From Eledone cirrhosa (taxonomy: Eukaryota), in the NCBI GenBank assembly GCA_964016885.1, contig OZ024752.1, positions 48,360,001 through 48,424,000 on the forward strand: a stretch of 64,000 nt of DNA, written 5' to 3'. How positions within the stretch are numbered: the first letter of the stretch is position 1; each line of letters starts with the position of its first letter. Shown here one piece after another: positions 15,191 to 32,062 of this stretch. The notes under the pieces are model-generated. The model did not search any database. It was given only the letters and a program-made list of their open reading frames with translations, and had not been told where the DNA came from. A program made the translations under genes and the position numbers.

Positions 15191-16037
15191 ATGTGTGTGT
15201 ATGATGATGTGGTGGTGGTATTGGTGATGGTGATGGTGTTGGTGGTTGTTGAGAACCATTTTCTAAAATGTTTGTGTGAATTTTTATATTTGCATATTAT
15301 ATATATGTGTATATATATCCATATATATATATATGTACATACATATACATATACATACATAGATAGATATAGACACATATATATATATACATTCATATAT
15401 ATATATATACTTATATATATATATACACATATACATGTATATATGCATATACACATATTTATATACATATATATATACACATATATATACACATATACAT
15501 ACGTACATATACATACATATATATACACATGTACATACATACATATACATATTTATATATATATATATATATACATATATACATAGATACATATATACAT
15601 ATATATGCATACACATACATACAATTGTTTTATTGTTTAAGTTCTTTACAGATGTATTTTATGCACTTGTTTACTTGTGTTTAGATACACGTGTTTATAC
15701 ATTTATCTGTGTGTTTACGCATGTGTGTTGGGAATTTTAAACATACTGGTAAATATGTGTTTCATGCATATATGTGTGTATATATGAACGCATATTATGT
15801 TTTCTGGTCATGTGATCATATGCATGTATATATATATACATTTCAATGTGTCTGAATGTATGAGGATATGTGTGAGTGTTTATATGTGAATATATGTGTG
15901 CTCATGTGTGTGTATATGTGTATGTGTGTATATAGTTTTGCTAGCAGGGAAAATGAATGTTAAATGATAATGATGATCATGATGATATACATACATACAC
16001 ACATATATATATATATATATATATACATATACATATC

Positions 16038-16139
<102 letters not shown>

Positions 16140-16324
16140 TATATATCTATATACACATATATATATATAGCTATATAGATTTACACACGTACACACAAAT
16201 ATGAGTATATATACTCCTGTATATATATATACATATACACTCAAACACACATATATATATATAACTACATAGACTCACACACACACTAATGTGAGTATAT
16301 ATGTATATATATATATTCATGTAG

Positions 16325-16359
<35 letters not shown>

Positions 16360-16554
16360 GTCAACAACACACAAACACACACACACACACAACAGAACTA
16401 CACACACAGAGAAACACACACACACACACAACAGAACTACACACACACACACACATATATATGATTATATGATCATTTGTTTGGCTGGGTGGTGGGTGTG
16501 GACATGGAGAAAGATGGATAGTCAAAAGTTGAAATAACATAAACAAAAATATGA

Positions 16555-16828
16555 TAATGATAACAACAACAATGATAACAACAACAACGATAACAACAAC
16601 AACAACAACAACAACAACATCAACAACGATAACAAAAAACAACAATAGCAACAACAACGACAGCAACAACAACAACAACGATAGCAACAACAACGACAGC
16701 AACAACAAGAACAATAGCAACAACAGCAGCAACAACAACAACAGCAGCAACAACCAAACAATAGCAACAACAACTACATCAGCAACAACAACAACAGCAA
16801 CAACAGCAGCAACAACAAAAACAACAGC

Positions 16829-16859
<31 letters not shown>

Positions 16860-16959
16860 GCAGCAACAACCAAACAACAACAACAACAACAACAGCAACA
16901 ACAACAGCAACAACAACAATAACAGCAACAACAACAGCAACAGCAGCAGCAGCAACAGC

Positions 16960-16993
<34 letters not shown>

Positions 16994-17032
16994 GCAACAG
17001 CAACAGCAACAACAACAACAACAACAACAACA
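16555..17032. repeat. (CAA)/(CAG) trinucleotide repeat
   Basis: Directly visible. Confidence 0.95.
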
Positions 17033-17147
17033 GAATATAAAAATTAAAAAAAACATATTTAACTGGATTTAAGAAGAAAAAGAAACCTTTGACAATTTTT
17101 ACAAAGCAACCTGATAGATTGATAATCTATGTTGATTTATTATTATT

Positions 17148-17713
17148 GTATCGGTAGAGGGTCTGACGCCATGTTTTGCAGCATAGAGTTACGGCCCTTT
17201 ATGGTCTGAGTTCAAATCCCGCCGAGGTTGACTTTGCCCTTCATCCTTACGGGGTCGATAAAATAAAGTACCAGTAATGCACTGGGGTAATTGCTGGCCT
17301 TGTGCCTAAAGTAGAAACAATTATTATTAGATATTAGGTGGTGGGTTGGCAGTATCGGTAGAGGGTCGGACACCATGCTTTGATGCACAGAGTTACGGCC
17401 CTTGCCATTCTGAGTTCAAATCCCGCCGAGGTTAACTTTGCCTTTCATCCTTACGGGGTCGATAAAATAAAGTACCAGTCACCCACTGAGGTCGATTTAA
17501 TTGACTTTCCCCTGCCACAAAATTGCTGGCCTTGTGCCTATATAAGAAACCATTATTATTATTAGTATTTTTTTATTATTATTATTAGGTTTTATTAGTC
17601 ACGGTTCAAATCCTTTCGGGGTCGATAAAATAAAGTACCAGTAATGCACTGGGGTAATTGCTGGCCTTGTGCCAAAAGGTAGAAACAATTATTAGTCTTT
17701 TTTCTCCACTAAA
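17148..17713 (+). mobile_element. Tandem trio of Nin/Deu-core tRNA SINEs (17148-17328, 17337-17565, internally deleted 17597-17713)
   Basis: A box tggcagtatcggtaga, B box gagttcaaatcc, core ttcatccttacggggtcgataaaataaagtaccag, (ATT)n tails. Confidence 0.9.
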
Positions 17714-17847
17714 GACATCCATCACCCCTACCGACTCCCCCTACCATTACCCACCCTTGCTTTTCTCCACTAAACCACACACCGACCCACCCACTCACCC
17801 ACCACTCTACTGTCTCCACCAACATTGACCCACCCACCTACCACCAC

Positions 17848-18213
17848 CCACCCTTGCCATTACTCCACTAAGCCCACCACCCACCCTTGCCATTACTCCA
17901 CTAAGCCCACCACCCACCCACAACTCAAGCTACACTGACCCACCCTTGCCATTACTCCACTAAGCCCACCACCCACCCTTGCCATTACTCCACTAAGCCC
18001 ACCCACCCACCCTTGCCATTACTCCACTAAGCCCACCACCCACCCTTGCCATTACTCCACTAAGCCCACCACCCACCCTTGCCATTACTCCACTAAGCCC
18101 ACCACCCACCCTTACCATTACTCCACTAAGCCCACCCACCCACCCTTGCCATTACTCCACTAAGCCCACCACCCACCCTTGCCATTACTCCACTAAGCCC
18201 ACCCACCCACCCT
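17848..18213. repeat. 33-bp minisatellite cacccttgccattactccactaagcccaccacc, ~10 copies
   Basis: Directly visible. Confidence 0.93.
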
Positions 18214-18411
18214 TCAAGTATAAAGATAAGATTGAAAACAAGAAGAAAAACAAAATAACTTCTGACTTCTGAAACTTTTTCAAACATTCTTGAAGAGGAA
18301 ATGTATTTATTGCTTTTGTGCATTTATCTTTTACAGGACAACAACAGCATGAAGGATGCGCACCGTTGGCGACCAAAGTGTGCGTGTGCGTGTGTGTGTA
18401 TGTGTGTATAT

Positions 18412-18412
<1 letters not shown>

Positions 18413-18453
<41 letters not shown>

Positions 18454-18635
18454 GTTTAATGTCTATCTTCCACGCTAGCATGGGTTAGACGGGAGTTGTC
18501 CCATTTGAGGCAGAATTAGTCGGGTGACCGTGTCTCGCTCGTATAGGACTGTCTGGCAGGTTTTCTACGGCTGGAGGCCCTTCCTAACGCCAACCACATT
18601 TACAGTGTGGGGCTGGGTGGTTTTAGCCATGACAT
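18413..18635 (-). mobile_element. RTE 3'-UTR/SINE-like element, 5'-truncated
   Basis: Matches 30631-30810; (GAT)n tail. Confidence 0.88.
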
Positions 18636-18675
18636 CACACGAGACATTATGGAAGATTAAAAGAAGTAAATTATT

Positions 18676-19480
18676 GTGAGAGAAAGTGAGAGAGTAAGGA
18701 TAGTGAGAGAAAGTGAGGGACTAAGGTTAGTGAGAGACTAAGGATAGTGAGAGACTAAGGTTAGTGAGAGAAAGTGAGAGACTAAGGATAGTGAGAGAAA
18801 GTGAGAGAGTAACGATAGTGAGAGAAAGTGAGAGAGTAAGGATAGTGAGAGAGTAAGGAGTGTGAGAGAAAGTGAGAGAGTAAGGATAGTAAGAGAAAGT
18901 GAGAGAGTAAGGATGGTGAGAGAAAGTGAGAGAGTAAGGATAGTGAGAGAAAGTGAGAGACTAAGGAGAGTGAGAGAAAGTGAGAGACTAAGGATAGTGA
19001 GAGAAAGTGAGAGAGTAAGGATAGTGAGAGAAAGTGAGAGAGTAAGGATAGTGAGAGAGTAAGGAGTGTGAGAGAAAGTGAGAGAGTAAGGATAGTAAGA
19101 GAAAGTGAGAGAGTAAGGATGGTGAGAGAAAGTGAGAGAGTAAGGATAGTGAGAGAAAGTGAGAGACTAAGGAGAGTGAGAGAAAGTGAGAGACTAAGGA
19201 TAGTGAGAGAAAGTGAGAGAGTAAGGATAGTGAGAGAAAGTGAGAGAGTAAGGATGGTGAGAGAAAGTGAGAGAGTAAGGATAGTGAGAGAAAGTGAGAA
19301 ACTAAGAATAGTGAGAGAAAGTGAGAGACTAAGGATAGTGAGAGAAAGTGAGAGAGTAAGGATAGTGAGAGAAAGTGATAGAGTAAAGATAGTGAGAGAA
19401 AGTGAGAGACTAAGAATAGTGAGAGAAAGTGAGAGACTAAGGAGAGTTAGAGAAAGTGAGAGAGTAAGAAGGATGAGAGG
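18676..19480. repeat. 27-bp purine-rich minisatellite gtgagagaaagtgagagagtaaggata
   Basis: Directly visible; produces the VRESERVRI pseudo-ORF. Confidence 0.95.
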
Positions 19481-19719
19481 ATTTGATAGGATAACACTCA
19501 AACAAGCAAAACTATTAAGCAAAACTATGGACACAAACCCACAACAACCCCACCCACCTCTAGTCCCACCCCCACCCCTAGCCGCAGCCCAACCCCAGCC
19601 CAGCCCCAGCCCAACAAACAAACCCACAAACCTGGTGCTCAGTTTATTAACCTGAGGCAGTATTGGAACAATCAACATGATGGCGTGTAAAAATATTACT
19701 TTGAGAGAAAAAATATAAA

Positions 19720-21285
<1,566 letters not shown>

Positions 21286-21699
21286 ATGATGTAACACTAG
21301 TTTGAATATTGCAAGAAATTAGGAAAATTTCCGACCAATTTTAACGGAGAATTAGTGTTGTAGATGGAAGGGGAGATAGGGGGAGAGAGGGAGGAGAGAG
21401 GGGAGAGAGAGGGGGGAGAGAGGGAGAGAGAGAGGGGGAGAGATGAGGGAGGATATGGAGAATATGGAGAGAGAGGGGGAGAGAGGGGAGGAAGAGAAGA
21501 GAGAGAGAGAGAGGGAGAGAGAAAGAAGGGGGAGCATGAGAGAGGGTGAGAGAGAGGGAGGGGGAGCATGGCAGAGGGGGGAGAGAGAAGGAGAGGGAGA
21601 GAGAGGAGACACACACACACACACAAATCATTTTACTCAGCTGTAGAAATGAGATGATAGGGACTGGGGTCCCTATCATTCCACTGCAAAGTGATCGTG

Positions 21700-21855
21700 G
21701 AGGTGCCACGGCAAAAAAGCACCCCGCACTCACTGTAAATGAGGTTGGTGTTAGGAAGGGCATCCAGCTGTAGAAATCAAGCCAGAATCAGTTCCGGTCC
21801 CACCCTTGCAAGCAGGGAAAAAGCGGACATAAAAATGGAATGATGGAATGATGAT
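21700..21855 (+). mobile_element. SINE-like element with GGAAGGGCATCC motif and RTE tail
   Basis: ggttggtgttaggaagggcatccagctgtagaaa...gtcccacccttgcaagcagggaaaaagcggac. Confidence 0.75.
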
Positions 21856-21886
21856 ATATACATATATATATACACATATATATATA

Positions 21887-22252
21887 TCATCATCATCATC
21901 ATCATCATCATCAACGTTTAACGTCCGTGTTCCACGCTTGCATGGGTTTGGACGGGGGTAGTCCCACTTGAGGCAAGAGTGATTGTCTTGCTCGCATAGG
22001 ACTGTCTGGCAGGTTTTCTACAGTTGGATGCCCTTCCTAACACCAACCACATTTACAGTGTGGGTCTGGGAGGTTTTTACCGTGTTGCCTACACGGCCAC
22101 ATTACAGCGTGGACTGTGTGTTTTTTTGTCGTGACACCTACACGATCTCATTTGTTTCGGCCCGGATGGCGCGGCACCAACATAACTTTACATAGGACGG
22201 GGTGGTGTGGATGGGGTGGGGGTGGTGGTGGTGGGACGGGGTGTATTTTGTT
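21887..22252 (-). mobile_element. RTE long-3'-UTR element copy
   Basis: Colinear with 45815-46175 in reverse orientation. Confidence 0.88.
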
Positions 22253-22296
22253 TACAATATTAAATAAATGGAAAACTATATTTATAAAACCATATT

Positions 22297-22362
22297 TATT
22301 TCATTATATATATTTCGGGGATATCATATTAACAATATGCTATGCCTTCATCAGACAAAATA
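22297..22362 (-). ncRNA. Hammerhead ribozyme, family A
   Basis: tattttgt CTGATGA aggcatagcatatt gtt aatatgatatcccc GAAA tatata TA atgaaata. Confidence 0.7.
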
Positions 22363-22462
22363 CAATATAAACAGTTTTATAGATAAATAGATTCGACATA
22401 CCGCTTTTATATCAGTTATAAATATTTACTAGTTGTAACCCAACAATTTTAAATATAACTTT

Positions 22463-22529
<67 letters not shown>

Positions 22530-22633
22530 CTAGTTAAGCAAAAGAAGACGACAAAATTCACAAGAAATTACCCAATCTCTCTTCTCCTCTCCTATCTCCA
22601 TCTCTCGCTTTAAGATTGGTTTACTCTGGAACT

Positions 22634-22706
<73 letters not shown>

Positions 22707-22714
22707 ATATATAT

Positions 22715-23153
22715 ATATTGTTATATTTGGGGAGGGTCATATTTGCGTAATATTGCCAGAATTAATAACAGAACACACTCACTGTTTGGTTGGTTTTCGC
22801 TTCTCGCTGTCTTTTATATATATATATCTGCGATCTAACTTACTCGGTCCTCAATGTTGCCATTGACTGACCGGCGGTCAAAAAATAATACAGATACAAT
22901 ATAGACAAACACATATATATATAGTTTACATAAATCTTTCGTTGCACATCTGCAACATCGTCAGTGGTGTTATATTCATTGTTCCTCCTGTTGTGTTGTA
23001 TGTCTACGCCATTTTTTTTTTGTTCAGTCTGTCTATATATTTATTTATTTATTTGCTTGTTCGAGAAGCGAAAACCAACCAAACAGTGAGTGTGTTCTGT
23101 TATTAATTCTGGCAATATTACGCAAATATGACCCTCCCCAAATATAACAATAT
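22715..23153. mobile_element. Fold-back cassette with 92-bp perfect inverted arms and a hammerhead in the spacer
   Basis: 22715-22806 is the reverse complement of 23062-23153; flanked by (TA)n. Confidence 0.88.
22927..22967 (-). ncRNA. Minimal hammerhead ribozyme candidate
   Basis: ca CTGACGA t gttgca gatg tgcaac GAAA gatt TA tg; perfect 6-bp stem II, near-palindromic stem III, short stem I. Confidence 0.55.
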
Positions 23154-23267
23154 CTGTTTCGACACACGATTTCATATAAAAAACCTCGCAAAACTATATA
23201 TATATATATATAAATGAAAGGTATAGAAAATATTGTAGCAAAAAAGCCATATATATATAGTAATAAT

Positions 23268-23441
23268 AATTGTTTCTACGCTAGGCACAATTACCCAGTG
23301 CATTACTGGTACTTTATTTTATCGACCCTGTAAGGATGAAAGGCAAAGTCAACCTCGGCGGGATTTGAACTCAGATCGTAAAGGGACGTAACTATGCTGG
23401 AAAGCATGGCGTCCGACCCTCTACCGATACTGCCAATCCAC
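23268..23441 (-). mobile_element. Nin/Deu-core tRNA SINE
   Basis: Same A box, B box and core as 17337. Confidence 0.88.
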
Positions 23442-23509
23442 GTGAAGCAGTGATTCTTTGCTTAAATTGTTAAACTATAATCTGTTATTTTAATATATAT
23501 ATATATATA

Positions 23510-23773
23510 TACGATATTAAATAAATGGAAACTATATTTATAAAACCATATTTATTTCATTATATATATTTCAGGGATATCATATTAACAATATGTTATA
23601 CCTTCTTCAGATAAATCTGAATCCCTGAAATATATATAATGAAATAAATATGGTTTTATAAATATAGTTTCCATTTATTTAATATCGTAAATATACTCCA
23701 AATACTTGTTGAGTGCTTTTATATCAGTTATAAATATTTACTAGTTGTAACCCAACAATTTAAATATAACTTT

Positions 23774-23777
<4 letters not shown>
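23510..23777. mobile_element. Family A fold-back cassette; hammerhead at 23554-23616 (-)
   Basis: Arms 23510-23578 / 23621-23689; tttat CTGAAGA aggtataacatatt gtt aatatgatatccct GAAA tatata TA atgaa. Confidence 0.8.
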
Positions 23778-23809
<32 letters not shown>

Positions 23810-24218
23810 ATATATATATATATATATATATAAAAATACATGTTCACATACATATGGATGTATTTTAAATGCATGTCACCCAAAACAGACGACCAATCAT
23901 AAAAGTTGACCATTACAAATAATAGTCCAAATATTACTTATAGTGATCAACTACAAATATGCTCACTTGCATTGGGAGGCACAGATGTCAAATGTTACCA
24001 ATGTTTCCTAAGTGATGCAGCAGTATATATGTAAAAATGTTCCAAGGCAACATAGTAAGGTGAGTATATAGTCTGGGTTTTATGGAATTCTATGTAAAAC
24101 TAGTTAATGGTTGGGCATTGATAAAAGATTCTCTGATAGACATTACAGATGATACCGACAATGCATTCATCATCATCATCGCCGTCCTTGTCATCAACAC
24201 CACAAACACCACAGTCAC

Positions 24219-24253
<35 letters not shown>

Positions 24254-24296
24254 ACAACAACATAATAACAGTAGCCCCACCACAATCTCCATCATG

Positions 24297-24353
<57 letters not shown>

Positions 24354-24445
24354 ATATATTCACATTCACACACATGCACATTTATATACATACACACATA
24401 CATACATATATATATATACATAAATACACATATATAGATACATAC

Positions 24446-24478
<33 letters not shown>

Positions 24479-24555
24479 CAGACACACATAAATACATATA
24501 TACAAACAGATATCAATATATATACACACATACATTTACATATATAGACAAACAA

Positions 24556-24609
<54 letters not shown>

Positions 24610-24878
24610 ATGTATATATATATACATAAATACACATATATAGATACACATACACACATATATATATATACACACACATAAATACATATATACAAACATA
24701 GATATGAATATATATATATACACACATACATTTACATATATAGACAAACAAACACACAAACACACACACACACACATATATATATATACACACACACATA
24801 AATACATATATACAAACATAGATATGAATATATATATACACACATACATTTACATATATAGACAAACAAACAAACACG

Positions 24879-24910
<32 letters not shown>

Positions 24911-24921
24911 CACACATACAT

Positions 24922-24973
<52 letters not shown>

Positions 24974-25009
24974 ATACACACACATATATATATATATACA
25001 CACATACAT

Positions 25010-25051
<42 letters not shown>

Positions 25052-25205
25052 ATACACACACATATATATATATATATACACACATACATACACACACATA
25101 TATATATATATATACACACATACATACACACATATATATATATATATATATACACACATACATACACACACATATATATATATATATACACACATACATA
25201 CACAC

Positions 25206-25237
<32 letters not shown>

Positions 25238-25239
25238 AT

Positions 25240-25292
<53 letters not shown>

Positions 25293-25361
25293 TACATACA
25301 CACACATATATATATATACACACATACATACACACACATATATATATATACACACATACAT

Positions 25362-25407
<46 letters not shown>

Positions 25408-26069
25408 ATACACACACATATATATTTATATATACACACATACATACACACACATATACATATATTGTATCTCTGAAAAGATGAATGTGATTCCTGAAAT
25501 GAAACTATTTTTACCAGAGTCAGCAGTTGCTGCCGTTCCATATTGCAAATTGCAATATGGCTGAACCGATTTTCAATGTAGGTTTTACAACTACACACCT
25601 GAGGCTGTATAAGCCATTATGATGCATTTGATCAGCAAGCTTTAAAGGGATTTAGGAGCATAGCTAGGTATTTACTGTGGATAATAATCCACCAGCTGCA
25701 TTTTATGACTCTACCTATGATGCTTTGGTAAGGGGATGGGTGTTCCTTTAAATAATATTTGTATATGTGCATTTATTTGCATGTTTGTACATCAGAGTCT
25801 GCATGTGCATTTATCCATACATATGTGACCATTAATGTTGAAGGCAGTTTCTGTAGAATATATAGGATATATGTTATGTGCAACTGATGTAAATATATGG
25901 ACAAAACCTGCACATCTATATCTGTCTGTATTGGTATCTAGCTATCTATATATCTATATATATATCTATGTATATATATATCTATATATATATATATATA
26001 TATATCTCAACCTATACATAAATTATATACATCTATCGATGTACTTATATATATATATATATATACATA

Positions 26070-26137
<68 letters not shown>

Positions 26138-26286
26138 TATAGATATATATAGATATATATATAATGTATATATTTATGTATAAATATGCATGTGCACACA
26201 TAAACATTAATATATTTGTGTATAAGCTTATGGGTTAGCTTATATGTATTTGAAGTTGTGCAAAGGAGTAGATATATGTTAATGTA

Positions 26287-26364
<78 letters not shown>

Positions 26365-26679
26365 CATACACACATATGTATACATATATAAACACATATG
26401 CCTAATTGTATTAGTGAGATGTACAAAAGGATATATGCTGAAGCATTATTCCACATATACCTTATGTATGGACTATAATCACAAACATGAAAAGACTGAA
26501 AAGATAAGTTAATAGGTTGCCAACTCATAGATTGTGAGATCAAATCTACTGACAGGGCAGCCTAATTTGTTTTTTTCTTGTTATATTGACAATAAAACCT
26601 CATCATTGTTTATTTATGAGTTGTTGAGCCAACAAAGAACTGTCTAAATGATAGCCTGATCTGGTTCCTGACAGAGCAA

Positions 26680-26840
26680 TGCTGTTAAGAGTTCCATTTG
26701 CAAACATCTTCCAGGTTCAATTCCATTGTACCCTTCCTAGGGCAAGTGTATTTTCTTTTTTTCTTTCATTTGTAAAGCCCCCAGGCAAACAAATATCTCC
26801 TATGTGTGGTTTAGCAGACATAAATTGAGCAGAAGCTTGT
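26680..26840 (+). mobile_element. Old diverged tRNA SINE of a different family
   Basis: ggttcaattcca (B box), cctagggcaagtgt, and 3' part aagcccccaggc...agaagcttgt before (TA)n. Confidence 0.5.
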
Positions 26841-26874
26841 TATATATATATATATATATATAATATAGAAAAGG

Positions 26875-26921
26875 CTTCTACAGGACTAGAACTGTTTCAT
26901 TCGGGAGAAATCATCAGGATG
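26875..26921 (-). ncRNA. Hammerhead ribozyme, family B
   Basis: tc CTGATGA tttctcccgaat GAAA cag ttctagtc ctg TA ga. Confidence 0.7.
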
Positions 26922-27214
26922 AAATACCAGAGAGAACTGTCCAATCTATGTTAACATAGAAATGGACATATGATGATGATGATGATGATGATGATGATTA
27001 TAATGATGAATATGATGATGATTATGATGATGACAATGATGATGATGATGTTGATGATGTTGATGATTATGACAACGATGATGATGATGACGATTATAAT
27101 GATTATGACAATGATTATGATGATGATAGATAGATGATGATGATGATGACGACGATGTTGATGATTATGAAATGATGATGATGATGATGATTATAATGAT
27201 GCTGATTATAATAA

Positions 27215-27815
27215 ATGTTTCTACTTTAGGCACAAGGCCAGCAATTATCCCAGTGTATTACTGGTACTTTATTTTATCGACCCCCCCTCCCTCCTCCGTA
27301 AGGATTAAAGGCAAAGTTAACCTCGGCGGGATTTGAACTCAGACCATAAAAGGGCCGCAACTCTCTCTATGCTGCAAAGCATGGCGTCCGACCCTCTACC
27401 TATATTGCCAATCCACCGCCCTGATTATAATAATAATTTAGTGGAGAAAAAAGACTAATAATTGTTTCTACCTTTTGGCACAAGGCCAGCAATTACCCCA
27501 GTGCATTACTGGTACTTTATTTTATCGACCCCGAAAGGATTTGAACTCAGACTAATAAAACCTAATAATAATAATAAAAAAAGACTAATAATAATAATGG
27601 TTTCTTATATAGACACAAAGCCAGCAATTTTGGGGGGAGGGGAAAGTCAATTAAATCGACCCCAGTGCGTGACTGGTACTTTATTTTATCGACCCCGTAA
27701 GGATGAAAGGCAAAGTTAACCTCGGCGGGATTTGAACTCAGACTGTAAAGGGAGGACGTAACTATGCTGGAAAGCATGGCGTCCGACCCTCTACCTATAT
27801 TGCCAATCCACACCC
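27215..27815 (-). mobile_element. Tandem trio of Nin/Deu-core SINEs
   Basis: 27437-27815 is the inverted equivalent of 17337-17713; a further copy lies at 27215-27422. Confidence 0.9.
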
Positions 27816-28310
27816 TGATTATAATAATAATGATGATGATGATGATGATGATGATGACCACGAAGCTTGTAAGCTTGTAGCGCTATACATTATCCATTAG
27901 GCTGTTGTCATGCCTCTATAACCTTCAAAATGGCTGAAAAAGCTGAAACAGTTTCGGATAAGTTGGGGGTATGAAGTCAATTAGATTTAATAGATTCTGT
28001 GGAAATATTAATAGATAGAAATAATAAGTAGAAATCTTGAAATTGGTAAAAAAAAGAAAAGTTGATGCACAGCAGCAAAACTTTTCATTATATTTATATA
28101 TGAGCTGCTCCATAACATTATATACAAACAATATATATATCTGTATGTATGTATATATGTATGTATATATGTATATATATATGTATATATGTGTATATGT
28201 GTATATGTATATATATGTGTGTATATATGTATATATATTTGTGTATATATGTATATATGTATGTATATGTGTATATGTATATATATGTATATATGCAAAT
28301 GTAGGTATAC

Positions 28311-28349
<39 letters not shown>

Positions 28350-28384
28350 ATATATATATGTATGTATATATATATATATACGTT

Positions 28385-28415
<31 letters not shown>

Positions 28416-28591
28416 GTACATATATATGTATGTATGTATATATATATGTATATATATATATGTGTATATATGTGTATATATGTATATATATAAAATGTTC
28501 ATGGATAAATGAAAACAAACTAGTATGGATGTAGATCCATTTTAATGTATATTATCTATGTACAAATAAACTACAAAACACAATTTATCAT

Positions 28592-28650
<59 letters not shown>

Positions 28651-28895
28651 TATAGATATATATATATATATAGATATATAGATACATAGATAAATAGATG
28701 AATAGGTGGACAGTTTTTGTAAAATATATATATGTATATATGTATATATGTGTAAAATGCCAGAAAATGGTATATAAAATATAATGTTTAAACAATAAGT
28801 ATATGTGTGCTTATTTTGATATATGAGAAGGAACTGGAATATGAATTTAAACATAAGTAGTCACATAGATAACTAGATGGCTATAGAGATAGATG

Positions 28896-28940
<45 letters not shown>

Positions 28941-29049
28941 ATATATATATATTATATATATATAATATATATTATATATATAATATATATATAATATATA
29001 TATATACATATATATTTATAGAGATTTATATATATGCATATAAATATGC

Positions 29050-29112
<63 letters not shown>

Positions 29113-29404
29113 TATATATATATAGATAAATATATATATACGTCCGTATATATAGAGAGAGATTCATAAATAAATATATAGATACGTAAGTATATACATT
29201 CTCTCTGGCTTACTCCCTTGCTCACACACACACACACATAAACTCTCACAGGCACAAACAAACATATACATGCACATCGAATACCTCATCCCATGAGCCC
29301 AATAAAGGATCACTAATAAAAACGGTTTGTCTGGAATATTTTTTTCTGGTTCGATATTATGAAGAGGTTACTGAACCTTCACGCATTGAAAAGAAAAAAA
29401 AAAT

Positions 29405-29451
<47 letters not shown>

Positions 29452-29529
29452 GTTATATATATATATATATAAATAGTTATATATATATATACATATAAAT
29501 AGTTATATATATATATATATATAAATAGT

Positions 29530-29560
<31 letters not shown>

Positions 29561-29591
29561 TCATATATATATATATATATATATAAATACT

Positions 29592-29623
<32 letters not shown>

Positions 29624-29947
29624 AACCCCGTACAAAAAAAAAAGCACAAACATACTAGAAGAAAGAAAAAAACACCAACACCAACACCAAGGATAACACA
29701 GAAAAAAAATAGACAAAAAATATCATCCCCTAAAAGAAAAAAAAAAAAATGATAAAAATAGAAATAAACACCCACAATAACAAACCAGAAAGAAGACAAG
29801 CCTAGATAGAATGAAAGTGAAAGTAGAACTGGAAGTGCAAATTCTATAGTCTTTCTACACTCCCCTGAGAGCTTTCTCAGCTAATTACTAGCACATATCT
29901 ATTCATAAAATATCTATGTATGTGTAATCATAGAGATAAATATGTAC

Positions 29948-30019
<72 letters not shown>

Positions 30020-30378
30020 GCTATTGATAACAACAACAACATCAACAACATCAATATAATACATTTTTCTAGCATTACACTTAGGCCTGAGAGAGAGAGG
30101 GAGAGAGAGGGAGAGAGAGAAAGGAGTGTAGTGCACTGTATACATGTATATATATATATATATGAATATGCATCCCCTACATTTCCACCCACCCACCCAC
30201 CCACCCACTGTCATCACCTCCTATGTATGTAGATTCGTTTATGAAGCATATATAATATATATATATATACTCGCTATCTTTCTCTGCTTCCTTGCATACA
30301 AGCACCCCCCCCCACACACCCATATATATAAATATACATATATATATATATATTAGGCATTTTCGTACATCTCTCTCT

Positions 30379-30421
<43 letters not shown>

Positions 30422-30541
30422 GATATACTTAAGAATTGTGTATAGATATATATATATATATTTCATGTTTATCTATAAAGATGGCATATACAGACAAATT
30501 TATGTATATTCCCCAGATAAATTTACACAAATATATATATA

Positions 30542-30582
<41 letters not shown>

Positions 30583-30630
30583 GTTTATATATATATGTTT
30601 ATATATATATAAATATGTATGTATATATCC

Positions 30631-31420
30631 TCATCATCATCTTCGTTTAACGTCCATTTTCCACGCTAGCATGGGTTAGACGGGAGTTGTCCCACTTGAG
30701 GCAAGGTTGGTCGGGTGACCGTGTCTCGCTCATATAGGACTATCTGGCAGGTTTTCTACGGCTGGAGGCCCTTCCTAACACCAACCACATTTACAGTGTG
30801 GGACTGGGAACTTTTTACCGTGTTACCTACACGGCCACATTACAGCGTGGACTGTGTGTTTTTTTCTCGTGACACCTACACGATCTCGATCTCATTTATC
30901 TCATTAGTTTGGACTGGATGTTGTGGTACCGACTTTATAGAGAGAGAGGTTGGTGTTGGTGGGAGTGGGAGGTTAGAGTAGGGGTAGTGGATTGGGGTGT
31001 ATATTTGGTTAAGAGGTGCCTACTGACTGTAGGTTTCGCTTTGTACATAGGTAAGGCGGGTCTTCTGTATTACTGTGTAGCGCCAAAGATCTCGGTCCAG
31101 TGACATTGTCTTAGAGAGGTGCAAGTGTGTAAGGTCGGAATTTATCAGATTGTCCCAGGTTTTTCTGGGTCTACCTACTTCGTAACTACCATCAATTTTG
31201 ATCGCCCTGCACTTTTTTATACAGCTGTCGTCTTTCATGCGCATGACGTGGCCATACCAACGTAGTCTTCTCTCGAGTAAACAGCATCTGATCCCTCTTA
31301 TTCTTAATTTCTCACTTAGTTCGTTTATGCTTTGCCGTTCACGTACATCCAACGGAGCATGCATGTTTCGTTCCTTTCCAGTCTACGCAGGTCCTCTGCA
31401 CACAATGCCCATGTCTCACT
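30631..31420 (-). mobile_element. RTE-clade LINE 3' fragment: frameshifted ORF end (31020-31420) plus ~390-bp 3' UTR with (GAT)n tail
   Basis: YSETWAL...LERNE..MLRWM / [12 protein letters not shown]...GRPRKTW...DRDLWR are characteristic RTE C-terminal motifs. Confidence 0.92.
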
Positions 31421-31447
31421 ATATATATACATATATAAATATCTATG

Positions 31448-32062
<615 letters not shown>

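Noticed and set aside
17337-17425. tRNA genes at A/B-box sites
   Set aside because: No full cloverleaf; they continue directly into SINE cores.
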